Shown here: positions 50,899 through 60,521 of the stretch, piece by piece | Layout: each line of letters begins with the position of its first letter | Numbering within the stretch: the first letter of the stretch is position 1 | Origin: Pelagomonas calceolata | Taxonomy: Eukaryota | DNA: 64,000 bases | NCBI GenBank assembly: GCA_918797485.1 | Contig: CAKKNE010000001.1 | Span: 6,014,001-6,078,000, forward strand | Reading direction: 5' to 3' | The notes under the pieces: generated by a model | Database searches by the model: none | The model's input: only the letters and a program-made list of their open reading frames with translations | Told to the model about the DNA's origin: nothing | Translations under genes and position numbers: made by a program

Positions 50899-52599
50899 AT
50901 GGCGGACCTCCGGGATCATCTCCCACCAGCACCAGCGCCGGCGCGAAGGGGGAAGAGCCGCCGCGAGCTCCGCTACAGCCAGGACTCCTTCGCCCAGGAG
51001 CAAGCGGCCCAGATTTTTGGACAGCTCGCCGAGCTGCTGAGCAAGGAGATGGACCGGCGGGCGGGCGGTTTTGGGAGCACCTACTTCGGCGGGCACGTGA
51101 CTCCTGCAACAATATTCAAGCGTTTAGACATCGACGACAGCGGGCGGATTAGTACCGCGGAGTGGCTTACCGTACTAAGGAGGGACCTCAAGCTCCCCCT
51201 GCTCAAGTTCACGGACGAGGACCTCTGGAAGTTGTACGACGCGATCGACGCCGACGGCACGGGCTGGATTTCATTAAGGGAATTTGCGGACTTCGCTAGA
51301 AAAACACCATACAACACTCAGTTCAAGCACCAGCAGATGATGCGCCAAGCGAGAAAACCCAAGGTCATAATGCCGGAGGTGACGAAGGCGCCCGCGAAGG
51401 GGCCCGACCAGATCGTGCCGCCGCCGCCCGAGCTCGTGCGAGCTTACGTAACACCACGTCAAGGAAAACCGTGCGCGGGCAACTACACTTCGTCAGGAGA
51501 CTGGTCCCGGCTCTGGTGGCTGCCAAGATCGGGCGACTGGTCAGCGCGCGGTAAGCAAGTCAAGGTCACGATCCAATCCCAGCAGATGCCGCATCTTTTC
51601 TTCGCGCCCAAAGGCGACTGCCCGGAGAAGGGCTGGCCGCTCCTAGTTTACTTGCATGACGAGGGCCGCAGCGCGGGCCGCGCGCCTTTACGAAGCGTCG
51701 CGCTCGAGGGCCCGCCGCAGCGCTGCGGCCGCCAGCCGGCCGCGGAGACGTCCTTCGTCGTCGTCTCGCCGCAGAAGCCCATGGACCTGCCCTGGACGGA
51801 GCCGACGGTCGCGGCCAGCGTCGTAGCGTTAATAGAGACGCTCTGCAAGGACGAAGGCCTCTGCGACGCGAAGCGCGTCCACCTGACGGGCATCGGCGCC
51901 GGCGGCTCGGGCTGCTGGGGCCTCGGCGCCGCGACCGAGTACTGCAAGCGCTTTGCGTCGATAGCGCCGGTGCGTGGAGCGCTCCGGAGCGTCGGGCTGC
52001 GGCGCGCGCCGGAGGTCCTGCGCGACACGAACATCTGGGCTTTTCATGCTTGGAACGACGCGACGACGCCCGTCGCCTTCACCGATGTAAGTGTGGGCGA
52101 GTGCGCCCGCCGGACGCGCGCGGAGATCAAGTACACGCGGCCGGACCACGGTCCCGCGGACGACCCTGTGGCCGCGCTGCTGCCGGGCGAGGCGGCGCCG
52201 ATGAAGGGCGAGTCGACGCACGTGCTCGCGTACTATCCGCCGCATCTTCCCGCCTCATCAAAACCGCCTTTATACGAATGGTTCCTGGCGAACCCGCGCC
52301 GGAAGATCAGAACGAAGGCGCGGACGACGTTCGCGCGGCTCGCCGACCCGCTCGTCTGGCAGGGGCGGCCGCGGCCGCGGTCGGCGCCCGCGGCGCGGCG
52401 CCGGCCGCGCCAGGCCTGGACGGCCTTCCACGGCGAAGTTGGGTCCCCCGGTGGCGGCGTCGACTCGGGGCCGGCCTTCTCGCGGCCCGACCGGGGACGG
52501 GCACGTTCGGCGCTCGCCCGGAGACGCCGCCCCGCGCCCTTCCACGAGAAGTACGACATTCCGCGGGACCAGCGGCTGCGGGAGAACCGTATAATTTGA
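50899..52599 (+). CDS. EF-hand pair fused to alpha/beta-hydrolase (peptidase/esterase-like) domain
   Basis: DIDDSGRISTAE and DADGTGWISLRE; WPLLVYLH, VVVSPQ, RVHLTGIGAGG, IWAFHAWND. Confidence 0.75.
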   Translation: MADLRDHLPPAPAPARRGKSRRELRYSQDSFAQEQAAQIFGQLAELLSKEMDRRAGGFGSTYFGGHVTPATIFKRLDIDDSGRISTAEWLTVLRRDLKLPLLKFTDEDLWKLYDAIDADGTGWISLREFADFARKTPYNTQFKHQQMMRQARKPKVIMPEVTKAPAKGPDQIVPPPPELVRAYVTPRQGKPCAGNYTSSGDWSRLWWLPRSGDWSARGKQVKVTIQSQQMPHLFFAPKGDCPEKGWPLLVYLHDEGRSAGRAPLRSVALEGPPQRCGRQPAAETSFVVVSPQKPMDLPWTEPTVAASVVALIETLCKDEGLCDAKRVHLTGIGAGGSGCWGLGAATEYCKRFASIAPVRGALRSVGLRRAPEVLRDTNIWAFHAWNDATTPVAFTDVSVGECARRTRAEIKYTRPDHGPADDPVAALLPGEAAPMKGESTHVLAYYPPHLPASSKPPLYEWFLANPRRKIRTKARTTFARLADPLVWQGRPRPRSAPAARRRPRQAWTAFHGEVGSPGGGVDSGPAFSRPDRGRARSALARRRRPAPFHEKYDIPRDQRLRENRII

Positions 52600-52787
52600 C
52601 TGTTTTCGACTCCCTCTATTGTTTTCGAGTTGCGCTAGTAGGACTACGCTAGTCATTAGGCTGTCACACGCACACGACTTTGCACCTCGTGCTAGCCCTC
52701 TGTGCTTTCCTGGAACAAGAGAAGCTTTCAATTACGCAGAAGACCATCCCAAAAATCGTTCAGCAGCTGGGCACCATCAGGCAAGCC

Positions 52788-55277
52788 ATGTGGCGGCACC
52801 TGCTCTTTGCTGCAAGCTGCACAGCATTAGTTGCCCCCCCGTCGGGAACCCGGCAACCGATCCGATGCAGCGCCGTACCACAACGAACCGCACCGAAGAA
52901 ACCGTCAAAGGCCAAGCTCCGGCGCATGGCCCGCACCTTGTACGTGCGGGGCGAGCGCTCTGCCGCGCGGGGCCACACGCGGTCGGCGTGCGACTTGTAT
53001 AGGGAGTGCCTGGAGCTCACGCCCCGGGACTCCTACGCGTGGCTGGCCCTCTGCAAGGTCATGCAGCGGACGAACGCCACAGCACACGAAATACGCGGCA
53101 CGTTTGCGCAAGCGGACGAATGCAATTCAGTACACATAGCCCACGCCTGGGCGCGCTTCGAAGAGGACGAGGGGCACGTCGAAGACGCGCGACACTTGTA
53201 CGAGCGGGCGTTAACTTTGGACCCCGACTCGGCCTACGTAAGACACGCATGGGGATTACTGGAACGCAAGCACAACAACCCAACGAGGGCCCTCGAGATC
53301 TTCGAGGGCGGGACGGACCAGCGGGGTCTCCTGGCCGTGGCGGCGGCGGAGACGCGATTCCATGGAGACGAGCGCGGGCTCCGGGACGCGCTGCTCGAGG
53401 TGCTGGGGACGTCGCCGTCGAGGCATGATGCTGTCGCATATAGAGCCTTTGCGCGCGTCGCGCGGAGCCCGGGCGAGCGCTGTGCTGCGTTAAGACGCGC
53501 GCTGGAGGTGGACGACTCGCACACGTGCGTCGCCGAATTGTCCGACGCGCTGGCCGATGATGCTGGGGATGTTGATGGCGCTAGACGAGTATTAGCCCAG
53601 TTCCTGGAGCGGAAGCACCCCGACTCGAGGGCTTATCTAAGCGCCGCGCGCAAGCTCGCCAACTTGGAACATGCGAACGGAGATCTGGAAAGGGCGACGC
53701 ACTTCTACGAGGCCGCCCTCGACGGGCGGGACGTGATCCCGCCGGTGGGGGTCTTCCTGGACGCGGCGCGGTGCGCCATAGATAGAGGCGACGACGCGGG
53801 CGCGCGCAAGCTGTTAACGAGGGCGACGCGCGCGCACCGCACGAAGGGGAGACCTCATATCATGCTCGCCGACCTGGAGCTGAGAAGGCAGAACTACGAG
53901 GAGTGCGAGCAGAGCCTGCAGGCGGCGATAAAGGCCGACGCGAGCGACGGGTCGGCGTTCGTCGCGCTCGGCGCGTCCCGTTTGAGAAGGCGCGACGTCG
54001 CGGGCGCCCGGGACGCCTACCGCAGCGGTTTGAAGGACCTGAAGTCCGATACGAAAGCGTACAACCGCTGGGCGCCGTCGCTCTGGGTCGCCTGGGCAAC
54101 TTTGGAAGGCGACCGGGGGCGGTACGACGAGGCCGCGACGTTGCTGGACGCGGCGCGGCGCTGGCTCTCGAAACATGCGCGGCGCCGCGAAGACGTGGCC
54201 TACGTCTACCACGCGCGCGGGTCCCTGGATCTGCGGCGGAGACGGCCGCGCGACGCCGAGGCGGTTTTTGAAGAGGGTCTGCGATTACTACCTCCCTCGA
54301 AGACGACGGGGCGGCGGGACCGATCATCAAGCTGTCTTTTGTTGGGCCTCGCCAAGGCCAAGCAGCGCATCGACGACGAAGATTATGTAAGGCACGCGTC
54401 CTCGGACCTCGCGCCGCGCGCCGCGGCGAGGCTCACGGAGCGGCGGAACCGGCCCTTCGCGCGCCGGACGTCACCAAAGACGGCGCGCGACTGCTTCGAC
54501 GCGGCGGCCAAGGCCGACGCGTCGCACGGCGAGTGCTGGCGCGACTGGGCCGCGTACGAGCTGTCGCAGGGCGCGTCCGACGACGCCGCATCTTTATTGG
54601 CGGCGGCGGTGCGCGCGGCTTGCGTGCCGGCCTCCGTGGATCTGGCCTGCGCGCACGCCGAGGCGTTGCTGTTCCAAAGGAGTGATGACAGAGAGCGGCT
54701 CCAGGCCGCGCGCGACGTGCTCGAGGCCGCGCTGGAGCGCTACGCGCAGAAGATCTGGCGCAAGCAGCGCGCGTTCTCCGACGCGAACGTGCTCGTGTGG
54801 TTCGAGGCGGCGTTGGATGGCGCCTCGGACCGCATCGCGCGGAAGGCCCGGGACGACGCGGGCGAGCTTTTAGCGAGATGGGCCGACCTCGAGATCAAGA
54901 ACGCGCCGGGCGGCGGCGACGCGTCGAAGCTCGCGGCGCTGGCTTTGTTGGCCGCGCCGCGGTCCGCGACGGCGCTCCTTGCTTCAGGTTCTGTCTGCGA
55001 GGCAAAAGGTGAGTTTCGCGAGGCCGCGGAATTCTTCGCCGAGGCCGTCGACGTCCGGCCCGACCAGGGCACGGCCTATTCTGCTCTGGCGCGCGCCCAG
55101 AAGGCGACGGGCGATTTAGGTGGGGCGCGAGCAACCCTCGCGCAGGGCATCGAGCACGCCCCGACCTTTGCGCCGCTCTGGCACGAGGCGTCCGAACTGG
55201 CGGCGATGGTCGGCGACCTCGCCTGCCTCGCGGAAATGAACGCGCGGGCGCTAGAGCTCTTTCCGAACGGCATGTAA
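52788..55277 (+). CDS. HAT/TPR repeat protein, HCF107/Mbb1-like, probably plastid-targeted
   Basis: HAWARFEEDEG...ARHLYERAL, HAWGLLE, WVAWATLE repeats; signal peptide. Confidence 0.75.
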   Translation: MWRHLLFAASCTALVAPPSGTRQPIRCSAVPQRTAPKKPSKAKLRRMARTLYVRGERSAARGHTRSACDLYRECLELTPRDSYAWLALCKVMQRTNATAHEIRGTFAQADECNSVHIAHAWARFEEDEGHVEDARHLYERALTLDPDSAYVRHAWGLLERKHNNPTRALEIFEGGTDQRGLLAVAAAETRFHGDERGLRDALLEVLGTSPSRHDAVAYRAFARVARSPGERCAALRRALEVDDSHTCVAELSDALADDAGDVDGARRVLAQFLERKHPDSRAYLSAARKLANLEHANGDLERATHFYEAALDGRDVIPPVGVFLDAARCAIDRGDDAGARKLLTRATRAHRTKGRPHIMLADLELRRQNYEECEQSLQAAIKADASDGSAFVALGASRLRRRDVAGARDAYRSGLKDLKSDTKAYNRWAPSLWVAWATLEGDRGRYDEAATLLDAARRWLSKHARRREDVAYVYHARGSLDLRRRRPRDAEAVFEEGLRLLPPSKTTGRRDRSSSCLLLGLAKAKQRIDDEDYVRHASSDLAPRAAARLTERRNRPFARRTSPKTARDCFDAAAKADASHGECWRDWAAYELSQGASDDAASLLAAAVRAACVPASVDLACAHAEALLFQRSDDRERLQAARDVLEAALERYAQKIWRKQRAFSDANVLVWFEAALDGASDRIARKARDDAGELLARWADLEIKNAPGGGDASKLAALALLAAPRSATALLASGSVCEAKGEFREAAEFFAEAVDVRPDQGTAYSALARAQKATGDLGGARATLAQGIEHAPTFAPLWHEASELAAMVGDLACLAEMNARALELFPNGM

Positions 55278-55288
55278 GACAATACTCC

Positions 55289-56653
55289 TTAGGCCGTCGT
55301 CATCCAGCCCAGCCCGAGGCCCTCCCAGTCGTAGAGGCACGTCGGGTGCCGCTCGCTCGCGTCGGGCAGGTTGCACCAGTCCTCGCCGTCGAAAAACCGC
55401 GCGTGCATGTTCACGCCGCGCTGGTGGCAGCCGCGGCCCGCGACGCAGGCCGGCTGCCGCTCCATGCACCGCTCGTCGCAGTGGTCCAGTTTTTCCAAAG
55501 GGCACTCGTGCGAATCCAATGAAGTGAAGACCTTGACCCAGATGAGGCCTCCCGCGCGCACCCGCCTCAAACAAAACTGCGGGATGCGGGCCGTCGGCAC
55601 GCCGTGGGCCTGGACCGTGTCGAAGAGGTGGCGCTCGCCGCTCAGCAGCTTGGGCGGGAGGGCCGGGCCGTTGCGCCGCGTCCGCTCGCGCCGCGACCGC
55701 GCGTTGAAGACGTGCCGATTCGAATCCTCGTGCTCCTTTTTGTGCTTCCTCAGCGTCTCGATGCGCGGCAGGTAGACGTGCACCATGGCCTCCCTTTCCC
55801 CAACCGCGAAGCGATCGTTCAACAGGAGTTCCGTGTTCACGGAGCAGCCGAAGTGCGGCACGAAGAGCTTGGCCACCGGCGACCGGTGCACGTACGCATA
55901 CGTCGCGCCGGGCACCTCCCGCGTGAAAATGGTGTCCACGCGCGCCGACACAACCACATCATACGTCCGGCCCGTCGCGACCTCGTGGCCCCGGATGAGG
56001 CCGCCCGACGCGCGCAGGCTGTAGAGGGCCCGCAGCAAATTCATGAGCGACGCCGAATTCTCTTCCCTCCCCTGCTGGATATTAGAACGTGTACGGTGGA
56101 TGCCCGCGAGCTGCGTCTTGCGGAACGACCGGATGAGGGGCGACAGCTTGTAGTCGATGACGCCCTGGTCCTCGACGGAATAGCGGCAGGGCCGGAACGC
56201 CTCCCAGGCGTCGGGGCCCGGCAACTCCACATTCACCTCCTTGCCCCGCGGGTTGTTGATCCTATCTACTACATTGGTATGGAGCAAGACGTCCGCCGAG
56301 TACGCGTGGTCTTGATATTTTAAGAGTGGTTTGAGCAGCATGTTCTCGAAGTTGATCGCCGTCGCGTTGTGTCTTATTAAACCGAACAGCGCGATGGCTA
56401 TTCTTATACCTTCGTTGCCCTGTCTATCATGAGCTTTATTCTGCAAATTACAGCGCTTCCGGTCGCCGCTCAATTCCTGCAGCCCGACGCGCGGCCGGCC
56501 CACCACCGCATCCGTCTCGGCCTGTTCCGCCTCCACATCGATGCACTTGACGAACCAGGGCGTCAGCTCCGTGCAGGGCTTCATGCCGTGGCGCTCGTGC
56601 TGCGAGAGGAAGCCTCCGTTCACGGCCGCGGCGCAGAGCAGCAACCGGCGCAT
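55289..56653 (-). CDS. Secreted/anchored glycosyltransferase-like hypothetical protein
   Basis: Signal peptide; IAIALFG, YDVVVSARVD, NDRFAVG, SGERHL. Confidence 0.6.
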   Translation of the reverse strand: MRRLLLCAAAVNGGFLSQHERHGMKPCTELTPWFVKCIDVEAEQAETDAVVGRPRVGLQELSGDRKRCNLQNKAHDRQGNEGIRIAIALFGLIRHNATAINFENMLLKPLLKYQDHAYSADVLLHTNVVDRINNPRGKEVNVELPGPDAWEAFRPCRYSVEDQGVIDYKLSPLIRSFRKTQLAGIHRTRSNIQQGREENSASLMNLLRALYSLRASGGLIRGHEVATGRTYDVVVSARVDTIFTREVPGATYAYVHRSPVAKLFVPHFGCSVNTELLLNDRFAVGEREAMVHVYLPRIETLRKHKKEHEDSNRHVFNARSRRERTRRNGPALPPKLLSGERHLFDTVQAHGVPTARIPQFCLRRVRAGGLIWVKVFTSLDSHECPLEKLDHCDERCMERQPACVAGRGCHQRGVNMHARFFDGEDWCNLPDASERHPTCLYDWEGLGLGWMTTA

Positions 56654-57040
56654 CGTCTCAGATGTGGTCTGCGGTCATCCAGCGATCGATACTGCTACTG
56701 GTGCGTCCGGTCGCCGCGCGGCACAGCAGTCGCCCCACTCTGGTCTGGGGACAGTGCTCCTCGGCAGGTGTTGGGCTGCCGCCGCGGCGTTGGCGTATGG
56801 GGCAGACGGTCCGAGGCGTGCGCTGGAGAGCACAGGAAACGCTGTGCGGGCGTATACGCCGCGATTTGCGCTTCGCGTCGCGTCTAGACCCGCACGTTCC
56901 CAAAAATCGGTTGCCGGCCGTGCGAATTCAGGGCCGTACGCATCACAGAGGGGGCCACGCGCACACAGCACGCCGCTACGATACGTCATTTGTCCCGGGG
57001 CAGCCTGCACCCAGCGATAGGCACGCCATCGACGCGCATC

Positions 57041-58543
57041 ATGGTGCCAGACAATCCGCTCACCTGCGCCGAGAAGCTCGCCGCGGCGCACGAGTCGGCG
57101 ACGCTGCTCCAGGCGAGCTGGAAGGTCGCGGACATCGTCGATGGTGCCCTGGAAGGCGCCGTCGCTAGCACTCTGGAGGACGCGAGCCGCCACCCCGTCG
57201 CCGAGGCGGCCGCCGCGGAGCTCCTCGGCGCGAGCGCGGCGCGGCACGGCGTCGAGGCGCGGCCCTGGTTATTAAGATCGCCCCACGCCGCGAAGCACGA
57301 ACGCAACGCCGTGCTGCGCGCCTGCGACCAGAACGTGAAGAGAGCGCTCGCTGCCAAGCTGGGTACGGATGAGAACTACAATGAAGCGCGCGCCGCCCTC
57401 GCGCCGGCTTTGCGAGTTGCGTACGAGCGCCACGGCGTCCTCTCCACGAAAGATGTTGATGAGAGCGCCCCGAAGCACGTCCGGTCGCTTTTGGAGCTGG
57501 TCGACGGCGCGGGCTTCCGCGCGGGCTGGGGGTGTAGAATCGAGGACGACGAGGCGTCGAAGACGGCGTCGTACGACGCGCCCGTGGCGGATACGCCCGA
57601 GGAGGCGTCGGAGGCCCTGCGCGTGATTCTGGACTGCCGCGGCTGGTCGCTGCCGCCGTCATTAAGAAGGAGACTGTGGCGGATCCGCGTCGGGCCCCTT
57701 CCCATGGCGCGGCGGGTGATGCGGGACGTTGCCAGACTCGAGGACGACGGCAAGCCCTGCTACGCGGCGCATCCCGCGGCCGGCGCGGCCTACGACGCCG
57801 CCTACAAAAGTTTTCCGCAAGCCTGGCGCCACGTCCTGGGCGAGGACGATGCTAAACTCGTCGAGGACGCGGCGGGGCGCGCGCTGATCGAGCTCCACGC
57901 GCTGAAGGGCACGTCGCTGGGGAAACGCGCGTCGACGTGCGCCGTCGCGGTCGCTTGTTTAGGGATCCGGCGAAGTTTTGATGATGGCGACCGCTTCTCC
58001 AGTTCCGAGCTGCTCTTGGTGCTGCTGCGCCTGCTGTCGCTGCCGCCGGGCCATTCGAACGACGGCGCCACCGACGGCGCGCAGCGCGTCGTGTCGGACC
58101 TCGACGAGCACGACCCCGAGTTGGCGCGGCATCTGCGCGCGGCGTCGGGCGGGCCCCAGCAATTGCGGGCGTTGCTCGCGGCGCGCGTCGACGTCTACTT
58201 GACGACGGTGTTTCCACTCGACGCGCTCCTGTTCGCCTGGGACCACTGCTTGCTAGACGGGTGGCGGGACGAGCTGCCGCGCTTTCTCGGGGACGCGTTG
58301 GGGTTGCTGCGGGACCAGCTCCTGTCCGCGACGACGCCGGCGGAGCTCGAGCTCGTGCTGCGGGACGCGCCGCGGGCGCTGCGGACGTGCGACGTGCGCG
58401 ACGCGTGGCGGGCGCGCCTCCGACGGAAGGCCGCATCTCCTATGTCGCCGACGCGGCTGGAGCGCTCCGCCTCGACGAGCAACGGCGGCGGCGACCACGT
58501 GTCGCCGACGCGGTTGCGGCGGTCGGCCACCGTTAGTTTCTAA
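57041..58543 (+). CDS. Rab-GAP TBC-like domain protein (5' end uncertain)
   Basis: LPPSLRRRLW, DPELARHL, FPLDALLFAWDHCLLDG. Confidence 0.6.
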   Translation: MVPDNPLTCAEKLAAAHESATLLQASWKVADIVDGALEGAVASTLEDASRHPVAEAAAAELLGASAARHGVEARPWLLRSPHAAKHERNAVLRACDQNVKRALAAKLGTDENYNEARAALAPALRVAYERHGVLSTKDVDESAPKHVRSLLELVDGAGFRAGWGCRIEDDEASKTASYDAPVADTPEEASEALRVILDCRGWSLPPSLRRRLWRIRVGPLPMARRVMRDVARLEDDGKPCYAAHPAAGAAYDAAYKSFPQAWRHVLGEDDAKLVEDAAGRALIELHALKGTSLGKRASTCAVAVACLGIRRSFDDGDRFSSSELLLVLLRLLSLPPGHSNDGATDGAQRVVSDLDEHDPELARHLRAASGGPQQLRALLAARVDVYLTTVFPLDALLFAWDHCLLDGWRDELPRFLGDALGLLRDQLLSATTPAELELVLRDAPRALRTCDVRDAWRARLRRKAASPMSPTRLERSASTSNGGGDHVSPTRLRRSATVSF

Positions 58544-58564
58544 TCTTGTGTTACACTATACAGT

Positions 58565-60205
58565 CTACCTCGTGCCGTGCTTGCCCCAGCGGTCGGGCGT
58601 CTCGTAGCGCGCCTCCCACGAGAACGGCACGTCTCCTTGCGCGTAGGGCCTCGGCGGACACGGGAAGGGAAGGGGCACGATGGCGCCCTCCGAGCCTTGC
58701 GTCGTCCGGAGTGGCGCGCCCAGGATCGAGGGCGTCACGAGGACGCCGAGCTCCCAGTGCATGATGAAGAGCGTCCGGCCGCCGTCCCGCACGTTGCCCC
58801 AGGCGCCGCCCGAGAGGTTCGCCGACGTGAGGACGCTCCATCGAACCGTCGAGCCGTCTCCCGACACGCGCGTCCAAGTCTTGATGTGCGGCATCGCGCG
58901 GCGCCTCGCCGTCACGAAGTCGGACGACCCGTCCTTCGTCCAGCGGCAGAGCATCTCGCGGGGCGCCTTGTCGACGTTCTTCTGCGCGCTCGGCAGAGCG
59001 CCGCCGGCACCGTAGCCCTCGACGCTCGCGCACACTTCCGCGGCGGTCGGCCACACTATGCTGAGGTCCACTTCCGGAGGCGACGGACACAACCGTTTGG
59101 GGGCGTGAAAGGCGGCCTTGAGGACGGCAAGTGGCTTCGTGGGACTCGATAACGACGAAAACTGACAGTAAATCTTGTCCGTGGGCTTCTGGGCCGCGGC
59201 GTCGCCCTCATTCGCCAGGAGCGCCGCGACGCGGTTCGCGCCAAACGAGTGCAGGTCGGCGCCCGAGTGGTAGCCCGGCGTCGAGGCGACCAATCGGGCC
59301 TTGGCACCCGAGAAATCAAATTTCCGTAGGGCTTGAGCGATGGTCAGCTGCTCGTCGCCGCCGAAGGCCGCGCCGAGGCCCATCCAGCTCTGAGGCATTC
59401 GCGCAGCGTGCTTCTGTAACGACAAAAAGTACTTGACGAGCTGCTCCTCGAAGTCGCTGGTCGCAGGGGCGCCGGCCTTCTTGATCGGGAAGTTCTGCAT
59501 CCAAATCCCCTGCGTCTTGTTGTTGATGTCGCAGGAAATAATATTGGCCGTGTGGATCGCGACCCTTAAACTATCGTCGAAGCCGATGAGGAAGGCCTTG
59601 GAGTGGTGGCAGCCATAATCATTCTTGAATCCGAACGAGAGCTTCTTCGGCGTCATGTCGTAGATCGTGGCGTTCGGGGCGCATGACCGCAAGTCGCGCG
59701 CCGACCGCGCGCAGCCGTGGAAGACGATGAGGCGTTCGACGCTGAGCAAGGGCGAGCAATACTTTTTGAACGTGTGGCCGTTGATCTGGAAGTTGCTGAC
59801 GACGGCCCACAACGGCGAGCCCGCCATCACGTCGGCGAACGAGAGCGCGCAGCGGTTGCCCGGCGAGTCCGCGCCTCCGATGGCCCGCGTCAGCAGGGGC
59901 TGCCACGCGTAGCCGTTGCTCGACGTGGCCGGCGCGGCGGACGGCGCCTTGTCGGCCTCCTCTAGCCGCGCGAGCGCCTGCTCGTAGCGCTCCTCGACGT
60001 GCGATCGCTCCAGCAAATCGGACGTGCCGAGGCCGGCGGCGCGGATCGCCTCCTTCATGACCTTGATCGATTTAGCAGGCGGAGCAGGAGCAGGAGGCGC
60101 TGGCGCCGAGCCCGTGAAGACCACGGAGGAGTCATCGCTTTCCTCGCCGCCGCGCAAGTCCACGGTGCACGGCTTTTTGGGGTGCGGCTCGCTTGGCGTC
60201 TCCAT
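58565..60205 (-). CDS. TDP1: Tyrosyl-DNA phosphodiesterase 1
   Basis: Two HxK motifs: YGCHHSK...IHTAN and AMPHIKT...TSANLS; WELGVL. Confidence 0.92.
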   Translation of the reverse strand: METPSEPHPKKPCTVDLRGGEESDDSSVVFTGSAPAPPAPAPPAKSIKVMKEAIRAAGLGTSDLLERSHVEERYEQALARLEEADKAPSAAPATSSNGYAWQPLLTRAIGGADSPGNRCALSFADVMAGSPLWAVVSNFQINGHTFKKYCSPLLSVERLIVFHGCARSARDLRSCAPNATIYDMTPKKLSFGFKNDYGCHHSKAFLIGFDDSLRVAIHTANIISCDINNKTQGIWMQNFPIKKAGAPATSDFEEQLVKYFLSLQKHAARMPQSWMGLGAAFGGDEQLTIAQALRKFDFSGAKARLVASTPGYHSGADLHSFGANRVAALLANEGDAAAQKPTDKIYCQFSSLSSPTKPLAVLKAAFHAPKRLCPSPPEVDLSIVWPTAAEVCASVEGYGAGGALPSAQKNVDKAPREMLCRWTKDGSSDFVTARRRAMPHIKTWTRVSGDGSTVRWSVLTSANLSGGAWGNVRDGGRTLFIMHWELGVLVTPSILGAPLRTTQGSEGAIVPLPFPCPPRPYAQGDVPFSWEARYETPDRWGKHGTR

Positions 60206-60336
60206 GGCTATCCAGAGCTGCGATTGATGACGCCACGCGTCTCGTTTCGAAATGACTGATCGAAGACGAACTTCTAGTGTTGCAGCGTTGCCGTAAAACC
60301 GCCTAAACGACGGGGCACAAATCGTTCCCGCAGATT

Positions 60337-60360
60337 GCTAGTGTCTTACATGCCGCTAGC
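60337..60360 (-). promoter_or_regulatory. Dispersed upstream CTAG motif (copy 9)
   Basis: gctagtgtcttacatgccgctagc, about 130 bp upstream of TDP1. Confidence 0.6.
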
Positions 60361-60521
60361 GTCGATTTTCTTCGCGGATCGCACGCTGCCTAAAAGGGCA
60401 CAAAGCGCTGACGTTGCAGTCCAGCACACGCAGCGGGCAAGCGATTCAACGCGTGAGGCAGCCCAGCTGGCAGTGAGGCAGGCAGCAGTGAGGGGAGTGA
60501 GGGGCAGCTGCCCGGACCACC

